Source of the DNA: an uncultured Clostridia bacterium
GTDB lineage: Bacteria; Bacillota; Clostridia; Christensenellales; CAG-314
Assembly: GCA_947625115.1 (NCBI GenBank)
Contig: CANQND010000003.1
Coordinates: 4,738 to 68,737 of the forward strand
Reading direction: 5' to 3'
Length of the DNA: 64,000 nt
The notes under the pieces were generated by a model, which saw nothing but the letters and a program-made list of their open reading frames with translations, had not been told where the DNA came from and ran no database searches. Shown in pieces: positions 44,844-53,211 of this stretch; the stretch's first letter is position 1; each line of letters begins with the position of its first letter. Position numbers and translations under genes: made by a program.

Positions 44844-46760
44844 ATGTCTGTAAAAGTAAAGCTGCCCGACGGTAGCGTAAAAGAGTTTGACAAGGCTGTA
44901 ACTTGTTTGGAGATCGCGCAGTCCATATCTCTTGGATTGGCACGCGCCGCAGTTTGTGCGGAAGTGGACGGCGTAAAGTGCGATATGTCCCACAAGGTGG
45001 ACAAAGATTGCGATTTCAAACTTTACACTCTCAAAAACGAAGAGGGGCTGGAAGTGTTGCGCCATTCGACGGCGCACCTTATGGCGCAAGCCATATCCCA
45101 TATATGGAAGAAAGCCAAGTTCGCAATAGGACCCGCTATCAAAAACGGATTTTACTACGATATAGATTTTGAGGGGGACGTTATCGCGCCCGAAGATTTG
45201 GAAAAAATAGAGACGGAAATGGCAAAAATAGTTGCGCAGGATCTGCCCATTGTGCGCGAAGAAATGCCTCGCGCGCAAGCAATAGAGTTTTTCCGTGAGC
45301 GCGGCGACGGCTACAAAGTGGAAATTTTGTCCGAATTGGACGCGGAAACGGTGTCGCTGTACCGTCAGGGCGACTACGTAGACTTGTGCCGCGGACCTCA
45401 CGTAAGCTCCACGGGCAAGTTGAAAGTGTTCAAGCTGACAAGCATTGCGGGCGCGTATTGGCGCGGAGATACAAAGAACAAAATGTTGACCCGTATCTAC
45501 GGCACCGCGTTTGAAAAGAAAGCGGAATTGGACGAATATCTTGTCCGTCTGGAAGAGGCAAAACGTCGCGATCACCGCAAGTTGGGAAAGGAATTGGATC
45601 TGTTCGATATTTTCGACGAGGGTCCGGGATTTCCGTTCTTCTTCCCCAAAGGAATGGTGTTGCGCAACTTGTTGGAAGATTTTTGGCGCAAAGAACACGT
45701 AAAAGCGGGTTACGAAGAGATAAAAACGCCGATGATACTCAATCAGGAACTGTGGCACCGCAGCGGACATTGGGATCACTACAAGGACAATATGTACGTG
45801 GTAAAAATCGACGACGCCGACTATGCGATCAAGCCGATGAACTGCCCGGGCGGAATGCTTGTGTACAAGCGCAAACCGCACAGTTACCGCGATCTGCCCG
45901 AACGTATGGCGGAACTCGGGCTTGTTCACCGCCACGAACTTTCGGGCGCGTTGCACGGGCTTATGCGCGTGAGATGTTTCACCCAAGACGACGCGCACAT
46001 CTTTATGACTCCGCAACAAATCGAGGAAGAAATCGAGGGCGTGGTGCGCTTGATAGACAGTTTTTACAAAGTGTTCGGTTTCAAGTACAATCTTGAACTG
46101 TCCACCCGTCCCGAGGACAGTATGGGTACGGACGAGCAGTGGGAAACCGCCACAAACGCCCTCAAAAACGCCTTGGAGAAGTTGGGTAAGAGTTACGAAA
46201 TCAACGAGGGCGACGGCGCGTTTTACGGTCCGAAAATCGACTTCCACCTCGAAGACAGTTTGGGCAGAACGTGGCAATGCGGCACAATTCAGCTGGATTT
46301 CCAAATGCCCGAACGTTTCGACTTGACCTACGTGGGACAAGACGGCGAAAAACATCGTCCCGTAATGATTCACCGCGTTGTGTTTGGCAGTATCGAGAGG
46401 TTTATCGCCATCTTGACGGAACACTACGCAGGTGCTTTCCCGCTGTGGCTTGCGCCCGTGCAGGTTACGCTCGTCCCCATTTCGGAAAATCACTCCGCCT
46501 ACGCGCACGAAGTGTGCGACAAGCTCGTCGCAAAGGGAATACGCGCGGAAGTGGACGACCGCAACGAAAAAATGGGCTATCGCATAAGAGAAGCGCAATT
46601 GCAAAAAGTACCTTATATGCTTGTGTTGGGCGACAAGGAAAAGGAAAGCGGCGGCGTGTCCGTGCGTAACAGAAAGCACGGAGATCTCGGCGCGATGAGC
46701 TTGGACGAATTTGTTGCCAAACTTCTTGCGGAAGTGGAAAACAAGTCGGACGATATGTAA
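44844..46760 (+). CDS. thrS: threonyl-tRNA synthetase
   Basis: TGS domain at the N-terminus, editing-domain HxxxH (RHSTAHLMAQA), class II core HRSGHWDHYKDNMY, and an anticodon-binding C-terminus. Confidence 0.96.
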   Translation: MSVKVKLPDGSVKEFDKAVTCLEIAQSISLGLARAAVCAEVDGVKCDMSHKVDKDCDFKLYTLKNEEGLEVLRHSTAHLMAQAISHIWKKAKFAIGPAIKNGFYYDIDFEGDVIAPEDLEKIETEMAKIVAQDLPIVREEMPRAQAIEFFRERGDGYKVEILSELDAETVSLYRQGDYVDLCRGPHVSSTGKLKVFKLTSIAGAYWRGDTKNKMLTRIYGTAFEKKAELDEYLVRLEEAKRRDHRKLGKELDLFDIFDEGPGFPFFFPKGMVLRNLLEDFWRKEHVKAGYEEIKTPMILNQELWHRSGHWDHYKDNMYVVKIDDADYAIKPMNCPGGMLVYKRKPHSYRDLPERMAELGLVHRHELSGALHGLMRVRCFTQDDAHIFMTPQQIEEEIEGVVRLIDSFYKVFGFKYNLELSTRPEDSMGTDEQWETATNALKNALEKLGKSYEINEGDGAFYGPKIDFHLEDSLGRTWQCGTIQLDFQMPERFDLTYVGQDGEKHRPVMIHRVVFGSIERFIAILTEHYAGAFPLWLAPVQVTLVPISENHSAYAHEVCDKLVAKGIRAEVDDRNEKMGYRIREAQLQKVPYMLVLGDKEKESGGVSVRNRKHGDLGAMSLDEFVAKLLAEVENKSDDM

Positions 46761-46769
46761 AAACTTGCG

Positions 46770-46802
46770 TACGGCTGCGCCAAGTGGCGTAGCCGTATTT
46801 TG
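46770..46802 (+). terminator. intrinsic terminator after thrS
   Basis: 11-bp stem ACGGCTGCGCC/GGCGTAGCCGT followed by ATTTT. Confidence 0.75.
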
Positions 46803-46847
46803 GAAGTACTAAAAAACCATTTTCCTCCGTAAAATGGATTAAATTGG

Positions 46848-46876
46848 TTGACATAACCACAACTATTTGTTAAAAT
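46848..46876 (+). promoter_or_regulatory. sigmaA promoter of infC-rpmI-rplT
   Basis: TTGACA, 17-nt spacer, TAAAAT. Confidence 0.65.
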
Positions 46877-46879
46877 AGT

Positions 46880-47007
46880 TACGTAATCAAGCAGAACTGC
46901 CGTTCTCACCGAACAGATAATTGCGTTTGTCGGTCATTCAATATCGAATTTACCACTTTGACGTGGCTCGATTTGTGCGGTATTTTGTTTGATACCGCAC
47001 TTTTTTT
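46880..47007 (+). promoter_or_regulatory. infC operon leader with attenuator terminator (L20-leader-like)
   Basis: A leader of about 125 nt ends in GTGCGGTAT/ATACCGCAC plus T7 (46975-47007), 40 nt before the infC start. The architecture matches the L20-responsive leader of Firmicutes, but the RNA fold was not verified. Confidence 0.55.
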
Positions 47008-47048
47008 GGCTCAATAACAATCAAAAACAGTTTTGGGAGGACACAGTT

Positions 47049-47555
47049 ATAAAAGAGCTTCAAATCAACGGTCAAATCAGGGACAAAGAGATTAGACTGA
47101 TTGGAAACGACGGAAGTCAATACGGTATCGTATCTGCCTACGAGGGACAAAAAATCGCCGACGAACAGGGTCTGGACCTTGTAAAAATTGCTCCGACTTC
47201 CAACCCGCCCGTGTGCAAGCTGATGGATTACAGCAAGTACAAGTACGAGCAGAACAAAAAAGAAAAGGAAATGAAGCGCAATCAAAAAACTATGGAAATC
47301 AAGGAAGTTTGGCTTTCTATGACCATAGACGTGGGCGATCTGAACACGAAAGCCAACATCGCGCGCAAATTTCTCAAAGACGGCGACAAGGTAAAAGCTA
47401 CTATCCGTATGCGCGGCAGACAACAGGCTTACGCCGCTCAGGGAGTGGAAGTTATGAGGAAATTTGCCGAGATATTATCCGACGTTTCCAAAGTGGACAA
47501 ACAGCCCGTAACGGAAGGGAGAAACATAACGATGTTTCTCGTTCCGCTCAAATAA
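47049..47555 (+). CDS. infC: translation initiation factor IF-3, non-canonical ATA start
   Basis: IKELQINGQIRDKEIRLIG...PPVCKLMDYSKYKYEQNKKEKE aligns with the IF-3 N-terminus. GGGAGG lies 8 nt before ATA 47049. There is no ATG, GTG or TTG between the attenuator and the conserved region. Confidence 0.85.
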   Translation: MKELQINGQIRDKEIRLIGNDGSQYGIVSAYEGQKIADEQGLDLVKIAPTSNPPVCKLMDYSKYKYEQNKKEKEMKRNQKTMEIKEVWLSMTIDVGDLNTKANIARKFLKDGDKVKATIRMRGRQQAYAAQGVEVMRKFAEILSDVSKVDKQPVTEGRNITMFLVPLK

Positions 47556-47584
47556 AGTAAATTATTCAATCGGAGGACAAATTT

Positions 47585-47779
47585 ATGCCTAAACAAAAAT
47601 CGCATAGCGCGTCTAAAAAAAGATTTGTCGTGTTGAAGAGCGGCAAAGTTAAGCGCGCACAGTGCAACAAAAACCACAAACTCGGAAAAAAGACAACCAA
47701 GAGAACGCGCAACTTGCGCAGTACCGCCTACGTAAACAAAACGCAAGCGGGAACAATCAAGAGTATGTTGCCGTACTGA
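47585..47779 (+). CDS. rpmI: ribosomal protein L35
   Basis: MPKQKSHSASKKRF... 64 aa, strongly basic, between infC and rplT. Confidence 0.95.
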   Translation: MPKQKSHSASKKRFVVLKSGKVKRAQCNKNHKLGKKTTKRTRNLRSTAYVNKTQAGTIKSMLPY

Positions 47780-47794
47780 TAGGAGGATTGAACA

Positions 47795-48148
47795 ATGAGA
47801 ATTAAACGCGGAGTAAACGCAGTAAAAAAACGCAGAAAAATACTCAGATGCGCCAAAGGTTACTTTGGGCTTAAATCCACCAACTACCGCCTTGCTCGTC
47901 AAGCGGTGATGAAGAGCGGTAACTACGCCTATGTGGGCAGACGTCTTAGAAAACGCGATATGCGCAGCATTTGGATCACTCGTATCAATGCGGCGGCACG
48001 CGCAAACGGTTTGAGTTACAGCAAGTTGATGCACGGCTTGAAACTTGCCAATATCGAAGTAAACAGAAAATCTCTTGCGGAAATCGCGGTAAAAGACGCG
48101 GCTACTTTTGCCAAACTTGCAGACGCGGCAAAAGCTCAACTTAACTAA
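47795..48148 (+). CDS. rplT: ribosomal protein L20
   Basis: [17 protein letters not shown]...[22 protein letters not shown]. Confidence 0.96.
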   Translation: MRIKRGVNAVKKRRKILRCAKGYFGLKSTNYRLARQAVMKSGNYAYVGRRLRKRDMRSIWITRINAAARANGLSYSKLMHGLKLANIEVNRKSLAEIAVKDAATFAKLADAAKAQLN

Positions 48149-48154
48149 TGCAAC

Positions 48155-48177
48155 AAGAGCCTTAGCAGGCTCTTTTT
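48155..48177 (+). terminator. intrinsic terminator after rplT
   Basis: AAGAGCC ttagca GGCTCTT followed by TTT. Confidence 0.7.
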
Positions 48178-48190
48178 GTTGTTACCGAAT

Positions 48191-48928
48191 ATGACGATCA
48201 CTTCAACCAACAACGCAAAGATAACGGAAATTTCCAAACTTGCCGAAAAAAAGTATCGCCGCCGCGAGGGCAAATATCTTCTCGAAGGCGTACGGCTTGT
48301 TTCCGACGCTATCAAATACGGCGCGGAAATATTGGAAATTTTTGTCAAAGAAAGCGTTGCTTCCACATTCGGTTTTGCCGAAGCGACGGTAGTTTCGGAC
48401 GGCGTTTTCGCAAAAATCAGCAACACGGTAAACAGTCAGGGCATTGTTGCGGTGGTAAAGTATTCCCCCGAGCAGTTGACTCCGCCTTGCGGCAACTGTC
48501 TTGTGTTGGACGGCGTACAAGACCCCGGTAACGCGGGTACGCTGATAAGGACTGCCGCGGCGTGCGGTTTTACGGATATTTACGCCGTGCAATCGGCAGA
48601 TTTGTACTCGCCGAAAGTGATACGTAGTGCGATGTCGGCTCATTTTTGCGTAAAACTGCACGAAACGGACAGTATCGAACGGGTTTTCGGCTTGCTGGAC
48701 GGCGTACGTAAGGTTGCCGCGGATATGTCGGGGCAAAACGTTTTTGAAAGGAATTTCGGCGGAAAAGTTGCGTTGATCTTGGGCAACGAGGGCAACGGGC
48801 TTTCGGCGTTTTCCAAAGAACACGCAGACGAAACGGTGTGCTTGCCGATGGCAAACAACCTCGAATCGCTCAACGTTGCCGTTGCGGGAAGCGTGATCGC
48901 ATATAGGATATTTTTACAAAACAACTAA
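48191..48928 (+). CDS. TrmH/SpoU-family RNA 2'-O-methyltransferase
   Basis: SpoU motifs DGVQDPGNAGTLIRTA, LILGNEGNGLS and LESLNVAVAGSV. The start is set at ATG 48191, downstream of the rplT terminator. No SD is visible. Confidence 0.85.
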   Translation: MTITSTNNAKITEISKLAEKKYRRREGKYLLEGVRLVSDAIKYGAEILEIFVKESVASTFGFAEATVVSDGVFAKISNTVNSQGIVAVVKYSPEQLTPPCGNCLVLDGVQDPGNAGTLIRTAAACGFTDIYAVQSADLYSPKVIRSAMSAHFCVKLHETDSIERVFGLLDGVRKVAADMSGQNVFERNFGGKVALILGNEGNGLSAFSKEHADETVCLPMANNLESLNVAVAGSVIAYRIFLQNN

Positions 48929-48940
48929 ACGGAGGTATTT

Positions 48941-49681
48941 ATGTCCGGTCATAGCAAATGGAACAATATCAAAAACAAAAAGGCAAAGGGCGACGCGGCG
49001 CGTTCGCAAATATTTACCAAAATCGGTCGTGAAATTGCCGTTGCGGTAAAAGCAGGCGGACCCGACCCGTCCTCTAACAGCAAACTTTACGATGTTATTC
49101 AAAAGGCAAAAGCCAACAATATGCCCAACGAAAACATTCAACGCAGCATAAAAAAGGCAAGCGGCGAACTGTCCGCAGTGGAGTACGTGGAAATCACCTA
49201 CGAGGGATACGGCGTGGGCGGCAGTGCGGTGATCGTGCAGTGCCTCACCGACAACAAAAACCGCACGGCGGGCGATGTGCGTCACGCTTTTGACAAAAAC
49301 GGCGGCAACCTCGGCTCGACCAACAGCGTGAGTTATATGTTCGACCGCAAGGGCGTTGTCGTTGCCGAAAATACCGTCGGTCTGGACGACGACAGCGCGT
49401 TCGAGTTGGCAATCGAATCGGGCGCGGACGACGTTACCGTAGACGACGGAATGGTAGAAATGACTTGCGACGTCGCCGTACTCGGCGCGGTTCGCGACGC
49501 GGTGGTGGCAAAGGGACTTAACCTTGTTTCTGCCGAAATGGAATGGATTCCGCAAAATATGGTAACGCTCGACGGCGACAACCTTGTCCGCTTCCAAAAA
49601 ATGTTGGACGCGTTGGAAGAAAACGACGACGTGCAGGAAGTGTACCACAACGTTGTTCTTCCCGACGAAGAGGACGAATAA
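48941..49681 (+). CDS. yebC: YebC/PmpR-family transcriptional regulator
   Basis: MSGHSKWNNIKNKKAKGDAARSQIFTKIGREI... is the family's characteristic N-terminus. Confidence 0.93.
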   Translation: MSGHSKWNNIKNKKAKGDAARSQIFTKIGREIAVAVKAGGPDPSSNSKLYDVIQKAKANNMPNENIQRSIKKASGELSAVEYVEITYEGYGVGGSAVIVQCLTDNKNRTAGDVRHAFDKNGGNLGSTNSVSYMFDRKGVVVAENTVGLDDDSAFELAIESGADDVTVDDGMVEMTCDVAVLGAVRDAVVAKGLNLVSAEMEWIPQNMVTLDGDNLVRFQKMLDALEENDDVQEVYHNVVLPDEEDE

Positions 49682-49702
49682 GTTTGCTTTTCAAATTGAA
49701 AA

Positions 49703-49737
49703 GGAGTCAACCGAAATTCGGTTGACTCCCATTTTTT
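49703..49737. terminator. bidirectional terminator between yebC and the XRE gene
   Basis: 12-bp stem GGAGTCAACCGA/TCGGTTGACTCC followed by CATTTTTTT. Confidence 0.8.
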
Positions 49738-49740
49738 TAA

Positions 49741-50067
49741 TTACTGCGCTAACAAACCTTTTGCAAAACCAATAAGCGTATTTCTTTGATTTGGCGTCAT
49801 ATTGCTCAGCAGTTTGAGCAATTCCTCCTGCTCGGCGGTTAGTTCGCAGTTGATCTCCACAATGCCTATATCCGAAGTTCTTCCCAAAAGGTAGTCCACG
49901 CTCACTTCAAAGAAATCGGCAATTTTTACCAACTTGTCCGCCGTGGGTTGACTGCCGCGATTGAACCAATTGCATATTGTTTCCAACGGAATACCCGTGT
50001 TTGCCGCCACCTTGGCTTTGGTGGTGTTAGTTTCTCTGAGCAGTTCGTTAAAGCGTTGTGTAAACAT
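49741..50067 (-). CDS. XRE-family HTH transcriptional regulator
   Basis: HTH segment TKAKVAANTGIPLETICNWFNRGSQPTADKLVKIADFFEVSVDYLLG. The start is set at the ATG of MFTQRF, which has GAGG 6 nt upstream. The ORF-track start at 50088 overlaps a TATAAT box. Confidence 0.8.
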   Translation of the reverse strand: MFTQRFNELLRETNTTKAKVAANTGIPLETICNWFNRGSQPTADKLVKIADFFEVSVDYLLGRTSDIGIVEINCELTAEQEELLKLLSNMTPNQRNTLIGFAKGLLAQ

Positions 50068-50113
50068 TTTTGACCTCATTTCACCCATTATAGTTTGATT
50101 TTTAATTTGACAC

Positions 50114-50142
50114 TTGACAACTGTTCAAAATAGCAGTAGAAT
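50114..50142 (+). promoter_or_regulatory. sigmaA promoter of the lipoprotein gene
   Basis: TTGACA, 17-nt spacer, TAGAAT. Confidence 0.6.
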
Positions 50143-50143
50143 A

Positions 50144-50174
50144 CTGTCATAAAGAATAGTATCTGTCATAAAGA
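50144..50174 (+). promoter_or_regulatory. 12-nt direct repeat pair, candidate operator for the divergent XRE regulator
   Basis: CTGTCATAAAGA occurs at 50144-50155 and 50163-50174 (19-nt period), immediately downstream of the -10 box. Confidence 0.45.
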
Positions 50175-50280
50175 GCAGTAAATACATTTTTCCGTCACCC
50201 ACAAATTGTATTGTTTGTCACAATAAATTCGGATCATAGCGTTGCAGAAACGCTTTGAAATAAAGTTTTTGGAGGAAAAA

Positions 50281-52395
50281 ATGAAAAGCAAAAGAATTGT
50301 CGCTATGTTGTTGGCGGTGGTAATGCTGTTTACCTTTGTATCGGTGATAGCCGCCTGTCAACAGCAGGACGAATGTGAAAAGAACGGTCACACATTGACT
50401 CGCGTTGCCAAAAAGGAAGCCACTACGGAAGAGGCAGGCTACGAGGCATATTGGAAATGCAGTGTGTGCAACAAGTTGTTCTCGGATAGCGAGGGCAAAA
50501 ACGAGATAACCAAACCCGTTGAAATACCCAAGCTCACACCCGAACCGCACGTTTGCGGACACAAATGTCCGACTTGCGGCAAATGCACGGATAGTACCTG
50601 CACCGACCCCGTTTGCGCGGACAAATGTCAAGGACACCAAACGATAGCCCCCGACAAGGGCAAGACTAAGGAAAATCCGCTCACTCCCGAAGAGGCTATT
50701 GCTCTTATGAAAAAAGCGGGTAGCGGTTTTGTAGTAGGCGCAGCCGAAAAACAACAGTACTATGTACAAGGCGTAGTAAATACGGGATCTAAGGTAGATA
50801 CTGAATACCACGAATGGTCGTTCACTTTGGGAACAGGTTCGGAAAAGGTAACTTGTCAAGCAACAGTGGACAACAGCGTTTCCCAAAAGCCAACCGAAAC
50901 CAACGGCGCGCTTGACGGCGCAACGGTTGTTATTCACGGTTTCCTTGAACTGTACCAAGGCGCATACAAAATTGCATATCTTCCCGCAAACGCAAGCCCC
51001 ACGGGCGCAAAGTTTACGCCCGTCCTTGTGGACATAGTTGTACCCGTTGCGGAAGTAGCTTCCATTACCCTTGACCATACAGAAGATATGGTGTTGCTTG
51101 CAAGCGCGTCAAACAAGTATATGGATCTCAAAGCCACAGTTCTGCCCGCAAATGCTCCGCAAGACGTAACTTGGAGCGTATCGGAAAATACGGCTAACAT
51201 AACTGTATCTTCAAGCGGCAGAATCAGTTGGACGGAAACGGAGGGTGAAGCCACAATTACCGCCACAGCTAAGGACACAAACAAGTCCGCTTCCGTCAAG
51301 GTAAAAGTGGAAAACGTACACGGTTCAACCGCAGAAGATCCCTTGACGGTAGACGAAGCGATAGCACTATTGACCGAGGACGGCAAGGAAGTTTTTGCCG
51401 GGTATTCAATGAGTAGCAAAGTAGGTTTTTATCTCACGGGAAAGGTGCAAAATTCCGTATATAACCAACAAAATGTCAATTCCTATTGGACGTTCGACCT
51501 TGTGGGGAACAACGGCACGTTGTCTTGCATATGCGGCGCGTTTTCGGGAGTATCGGGTGCAAACGGTAATTTGGACGACTACACGGTTGTTATGCGCAAC
51601 GTATTTTTGAAAAAGGTTTCCGAGAACTACACGGCATACGACGCTTTACTCGTATCTGCCACAAGACCTGCGCTTACGGGTATTCAAATAGATGAAAGCG
51701 CGAACATAGATATGGGCGGTACCGTGCTATTGCAAGCCTCACCCGTTCCCGCAAACGCATTGTTGGGCGATGATATTGAATGGCACACTTCCGCAGAGCA
51801 GACGGCAACGGTGGAAAACGGCGTTGTAAGAGGTGTTGCGGCAGGTTCTGCCGAGATCACGGCAAGCGTGGGAGATGTTACTTCCAATAAGTGTACTGTC
51901 ACGGTAAACGCCGTTGAAGTTGCGAAAGCGGTTTACGATTGGACGGCTTCGTTTGGTTCAATATCCGCATATACCCAAAGAAAAAGCGAAGATCTATTGG
52001 AATCGTGGATAAAAGTTTGGTCCCCCGAAGTACAGGAAATTACCGCTTTTGTGGTTGAAAACATAGTTACGGGACCGCGTGCAAATCGTTACTCGGGTCT
52101 TGGTTATAAGAACAATTACAGCAATGGAGCAGATGGTAGTATAAAGATAACTACCGAACATCAAATAAAGAAAATAACATTCAATATTGTACCCGGCGAT
52201 ACGGCAAGTTTGGTTAAGTTCTCCGTCAACGGCGAGTCCCGTCAAGAGAATAAGAGCGACGCTTGGACAGGTACGATCGAGTCGGCAATAGACTTCACCT
52301 TTACATTTGCCGAGGCTACTGACACTATCAATTTGACTGCGCCGAATGAAAGCGACAATCAATTTGTCATTGTCGGCATAACGCTTGAATGGTAA
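50281..52395 (+). CDS. large surface lipoprotein with Cys-rich segment and Big_2-like Ig domains
   Basis: GGAGG SD, signal peptide and lipobox (FVSVIAAC). There is a Cys-rich stretch (CGHKCPTCGKCTDSTCTDPVCADKC). Two Ig-like modules resemble Big_2 (VTWSVSENTANITVSSSGRISW... and IEWHTSAEQTATVENGVVRGV...). Confidence 0.75.
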   Translation: MKSKRIVAMLLAVVMLFTFVSVIAACQQQDECEKNGHTLTRVAKKEATTEEAGYEAYWKCSVCNKLFSDSEGKNEITKPVEIPKLTPEPHVCGHKCPTCGKCTDSTCTDPVCADKCQGHQTIAPDKGKTKENPLTPEEAIALMKKAGSGFVVGAAEKQQYYVQGVVNTGSKVDTEYHEWSFTLGTGSEKVTCQATVDNSVSQKPTETNGALDGATVVIHGFLELYQGAYKIAYLPANASPTGAKFTPVLVDIVVPVAEVASITLDHTEDMVLLASASNKYMDLKATVLPANAPQDVTWSVSENTANITVSSSGRISWTETEGEATITATAKDTNKSASVKVKVENVHGSTAEDPLTVDEAIALLTEDGKEVFAGYSMSSKVGFYLTGKVQNSVYNQQNVNSYWTFDLVGNNGTLSCICGAFSGVSGANGNLDDYTVVMRNVFLKKVSENYTAYDALLVSATRPALTGIQIDESANIDMGGTVLLQASPVPANALLGDDIEWHTSAEQTATVENGVVRGVAAGSAEITASVGDVTSNKCTVTVNAVEVAKAVYDWTASFGSISAYTQRKSEDLLESWIKVWSPEVQEITAFVVENIVTGPRANRYSGLGYKNNYSNGADGSIKITTEHQIKKITFNIVPGDTASLVKFSVNGESRQENKSDAWTGTIESAIDFTFTFAEATDTINLTAPNESDNQFVIVGITLEW

Positions 52396-52464
52396 AAGCA
52401 GTATCGACTGCAAAAACAAGTTTTTTCGCTTAACCGTGCGCGCATTTGCGGTTAGGAAAAAATC

Positions 52465-52494
52465 AGGGACGGAGAGCAATCTTCGTCCCTTTTG
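52465..52494 (+). terminator. intrinsic terminator after the lipoprotein gene
   Basis: AGGGACG / CGTCCCT stem with a 12-nt loop, followed by TTT. Confidence 0.55.
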
Positions 52495-52649
52495 GCACGC
52501 ACAGCGCGAGAAGCGCGTCGTTCTGAAAAGCAATTTTCGTGTGAGTTGGCTAATCGTTACTCGGGCGGAATCAATAACTATTTGTACGCCCGTACCTCTT
52601 TGTGAGCAACGGCGCATTGGCGAGTCTACGGTCTACTTGGCGGAAGTCC

Positions 52650-52678
52650 TTGACTTTTGGCGAATATTGATATATATT
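52650..52678 (+). promoter_or_regulatory. sigmaA-type promoter of ruvC
   Basis: TTGACT, 17-nt spacer, TATATT. Confidence 0.5.
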
Positions 52679-52702
52679 GTATAATGGGTTTATAGGTAGA
52701 AT

Positions 52703-53203
52703 ATGAAAAGGGTTATCGGTTTCGACCCGGGTCTTGCAATTGTGGGCTATGGGGTTATGGATTTTGAAGATTTCAACCGAAAAAAGGTGGTGGACTACGG
52801 CATAATAACCACGCCGAAAGAGGAAAGTTTTCCCGTGCGACTTGCAATTTTGTACAAGGCGGTAACGGAACTTATAGAAAAATTTCAGCCCGACGAAATT
52901 GCCGCGGAGGAATTGTTCTTTAACACGAACATTACCACGGGCATAAACGTCGCTCACGCTCGCGGCGTGCTGTTGCTTGCGGCGATACACAATTGTGGCA
53001 AGCTGTACGAGTACACGCCGTTGCAGATAAAACAGGCTATGACGGGTTACGGCAGGGCGGACAAAAAGCAAATTCAGCAGATGGTAAAGGTGTATCTCGG
53101 CTTGGACAAAGTTCCACGTCCCGACGACGCGGCGGACGCGTTGGCTGTCGCGTTGACGCACATACAAACAGGCGGGCTTACAGACAAATTTTATATCAAG
53201 TAG
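52703..53203 (+). CDS. ruvC: Holliday junction resolvase RuvC
   Basis: VIGFDPGLAIVGYGV contains the catalytic Asp, followed by AAEELFF and PDDAADALAVALTH. Confidence 0.92.
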   Translation: MKRVIGFDPGLAIVGYGVMDFEDFNRKKVVDYGIITTPKEESFPVRLAILYKAVTELIEKFQPDEIAAEELFFNTNITTGINVAHARGVLLLAAIHNCGKLYEYTPLQIKQAMTGYGRADKKQIQQMVKVYLGLDKVPRPDDAADALAVALTHIQTGGLTDKFYIK

Positions 53204-53211
53204 AGGAAGAG

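Noticed and set aside
44787-46679. 630-aa minus-strand ORF covering almost all of thrS. Similar cases are 38798-40204, 58248-59552, 8293-9411, 13200-14285, 56105-57142, 32122-33114, 62315-63298, 10092-11066 and 303-1667.
   Set aside because: All are exactly codon-aligned antisense frames of well-supported genes. Their translations are Arg/His/Phe/Val-rich and non-protein-like, and none has an SD or promoter. They are shadow ORFs caused by avoidance of TTA/CTA/TCA in the sense genes.
46989-47048. TTG start at 46989 for infC, as in the ORF track
   Set aside because: The codon lies inside the attenuator terminator stem, and the added residues (MIPHFFWLNNNQKQFWEDTV) have no counterpart in IF-3. 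ATA 47049 has a properly spaced GGGAGG.
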